Positions 63,765-64,000 of a stretch of DNA of 64,000 nt are shown here, piece after piece. The notes beneath the pieces are model-generated. The model searched no databases. It saw only the letters and a list, made by a program, of their open reading frames with translations, and was not told the origin of the DNA. Origin of the DNA: Octopus sinensis (taxonomy: Eukaryota). A program made the translations under genes and the position numbers. How positions within the stretch are numbered: the first letter of the stretch is position 1; each line of letters opens with the position of its first letter. The stretch is taken from NCBI RefSeq assembly GCF_006345805.1, contig NC_043007.1, positions 72,602,001 through 72,666,000 of the forward strand, given 5' to 3'.

Positions 63765-64000
63765 GTATATATATATATACGTATAATATATTATAACGTA
63801 TATATATATATATACGTATATATATATATATATATATACGTATATATATATTATATATACGTATATATATATATATACGTATATTATATATATATATACG
63901 TATATATATATACGTATATATATATATATACGTATCTACGTATATATATATATATACGTATATATATATATATACGTATATACGTATATATTATATATAT
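61690..64000. repeat. Long compound (TA)n microsatellite
   Basis: About 2.3 kb of TA with CA/TG interruptions, changing to recurrent TATATACG units after about 63050. Confidence 0.97.

Overview
AT-rich animal genomic DNA. The SINE, RTE and microsatellite content and the gene structure point to a coleoid cephalopod, probably Octopus (inference from repeat content). The main feature is the 3' part of a plus-strand MAP4K3/MAP4K5-type (GCK-I, Drosophila happyhour-like) kinase gene. It has 15 GT-AG, phase-consistent coding exons from 6292 to the stop at 27957, giving about 477 aa: Pro-rich linker plus the full CNH domain. The kinase domain lies upstream of the window. A repeat-poor region after the stop is probably a long 3'UTR. 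The rest is a dense mobile-element landscape: two tRNA-derived SINE families, RTE LINEs and their 3' tails, a CR1/L2 3' end, a Hero-like R2-group remnant, two mariners, a hAT remnant, two non-autonomous Helitrons, a MITE, Penelope-like pieces with hammerhead remnants, and a Gypsy LTR element that keeps gag and protease but has lost RT/RNaseH/integrase. A CpG-richer zone at about 53-57.4 kb carries exon-like segments on both strands whose genes I cannot identify. The best leads are a pre-miRNA-like intronic hairpin (16821-16892), two exon-terminal adenosines whose A-to-I editing would restore conserved residues, the pol-deleted LTR element, the Penelope hammerhead remnants and a divergent signal-peptide exon. 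Repeat boundaries are approximate unless termini are quoted. Homolog sequences are quoted from memory and were not searched.
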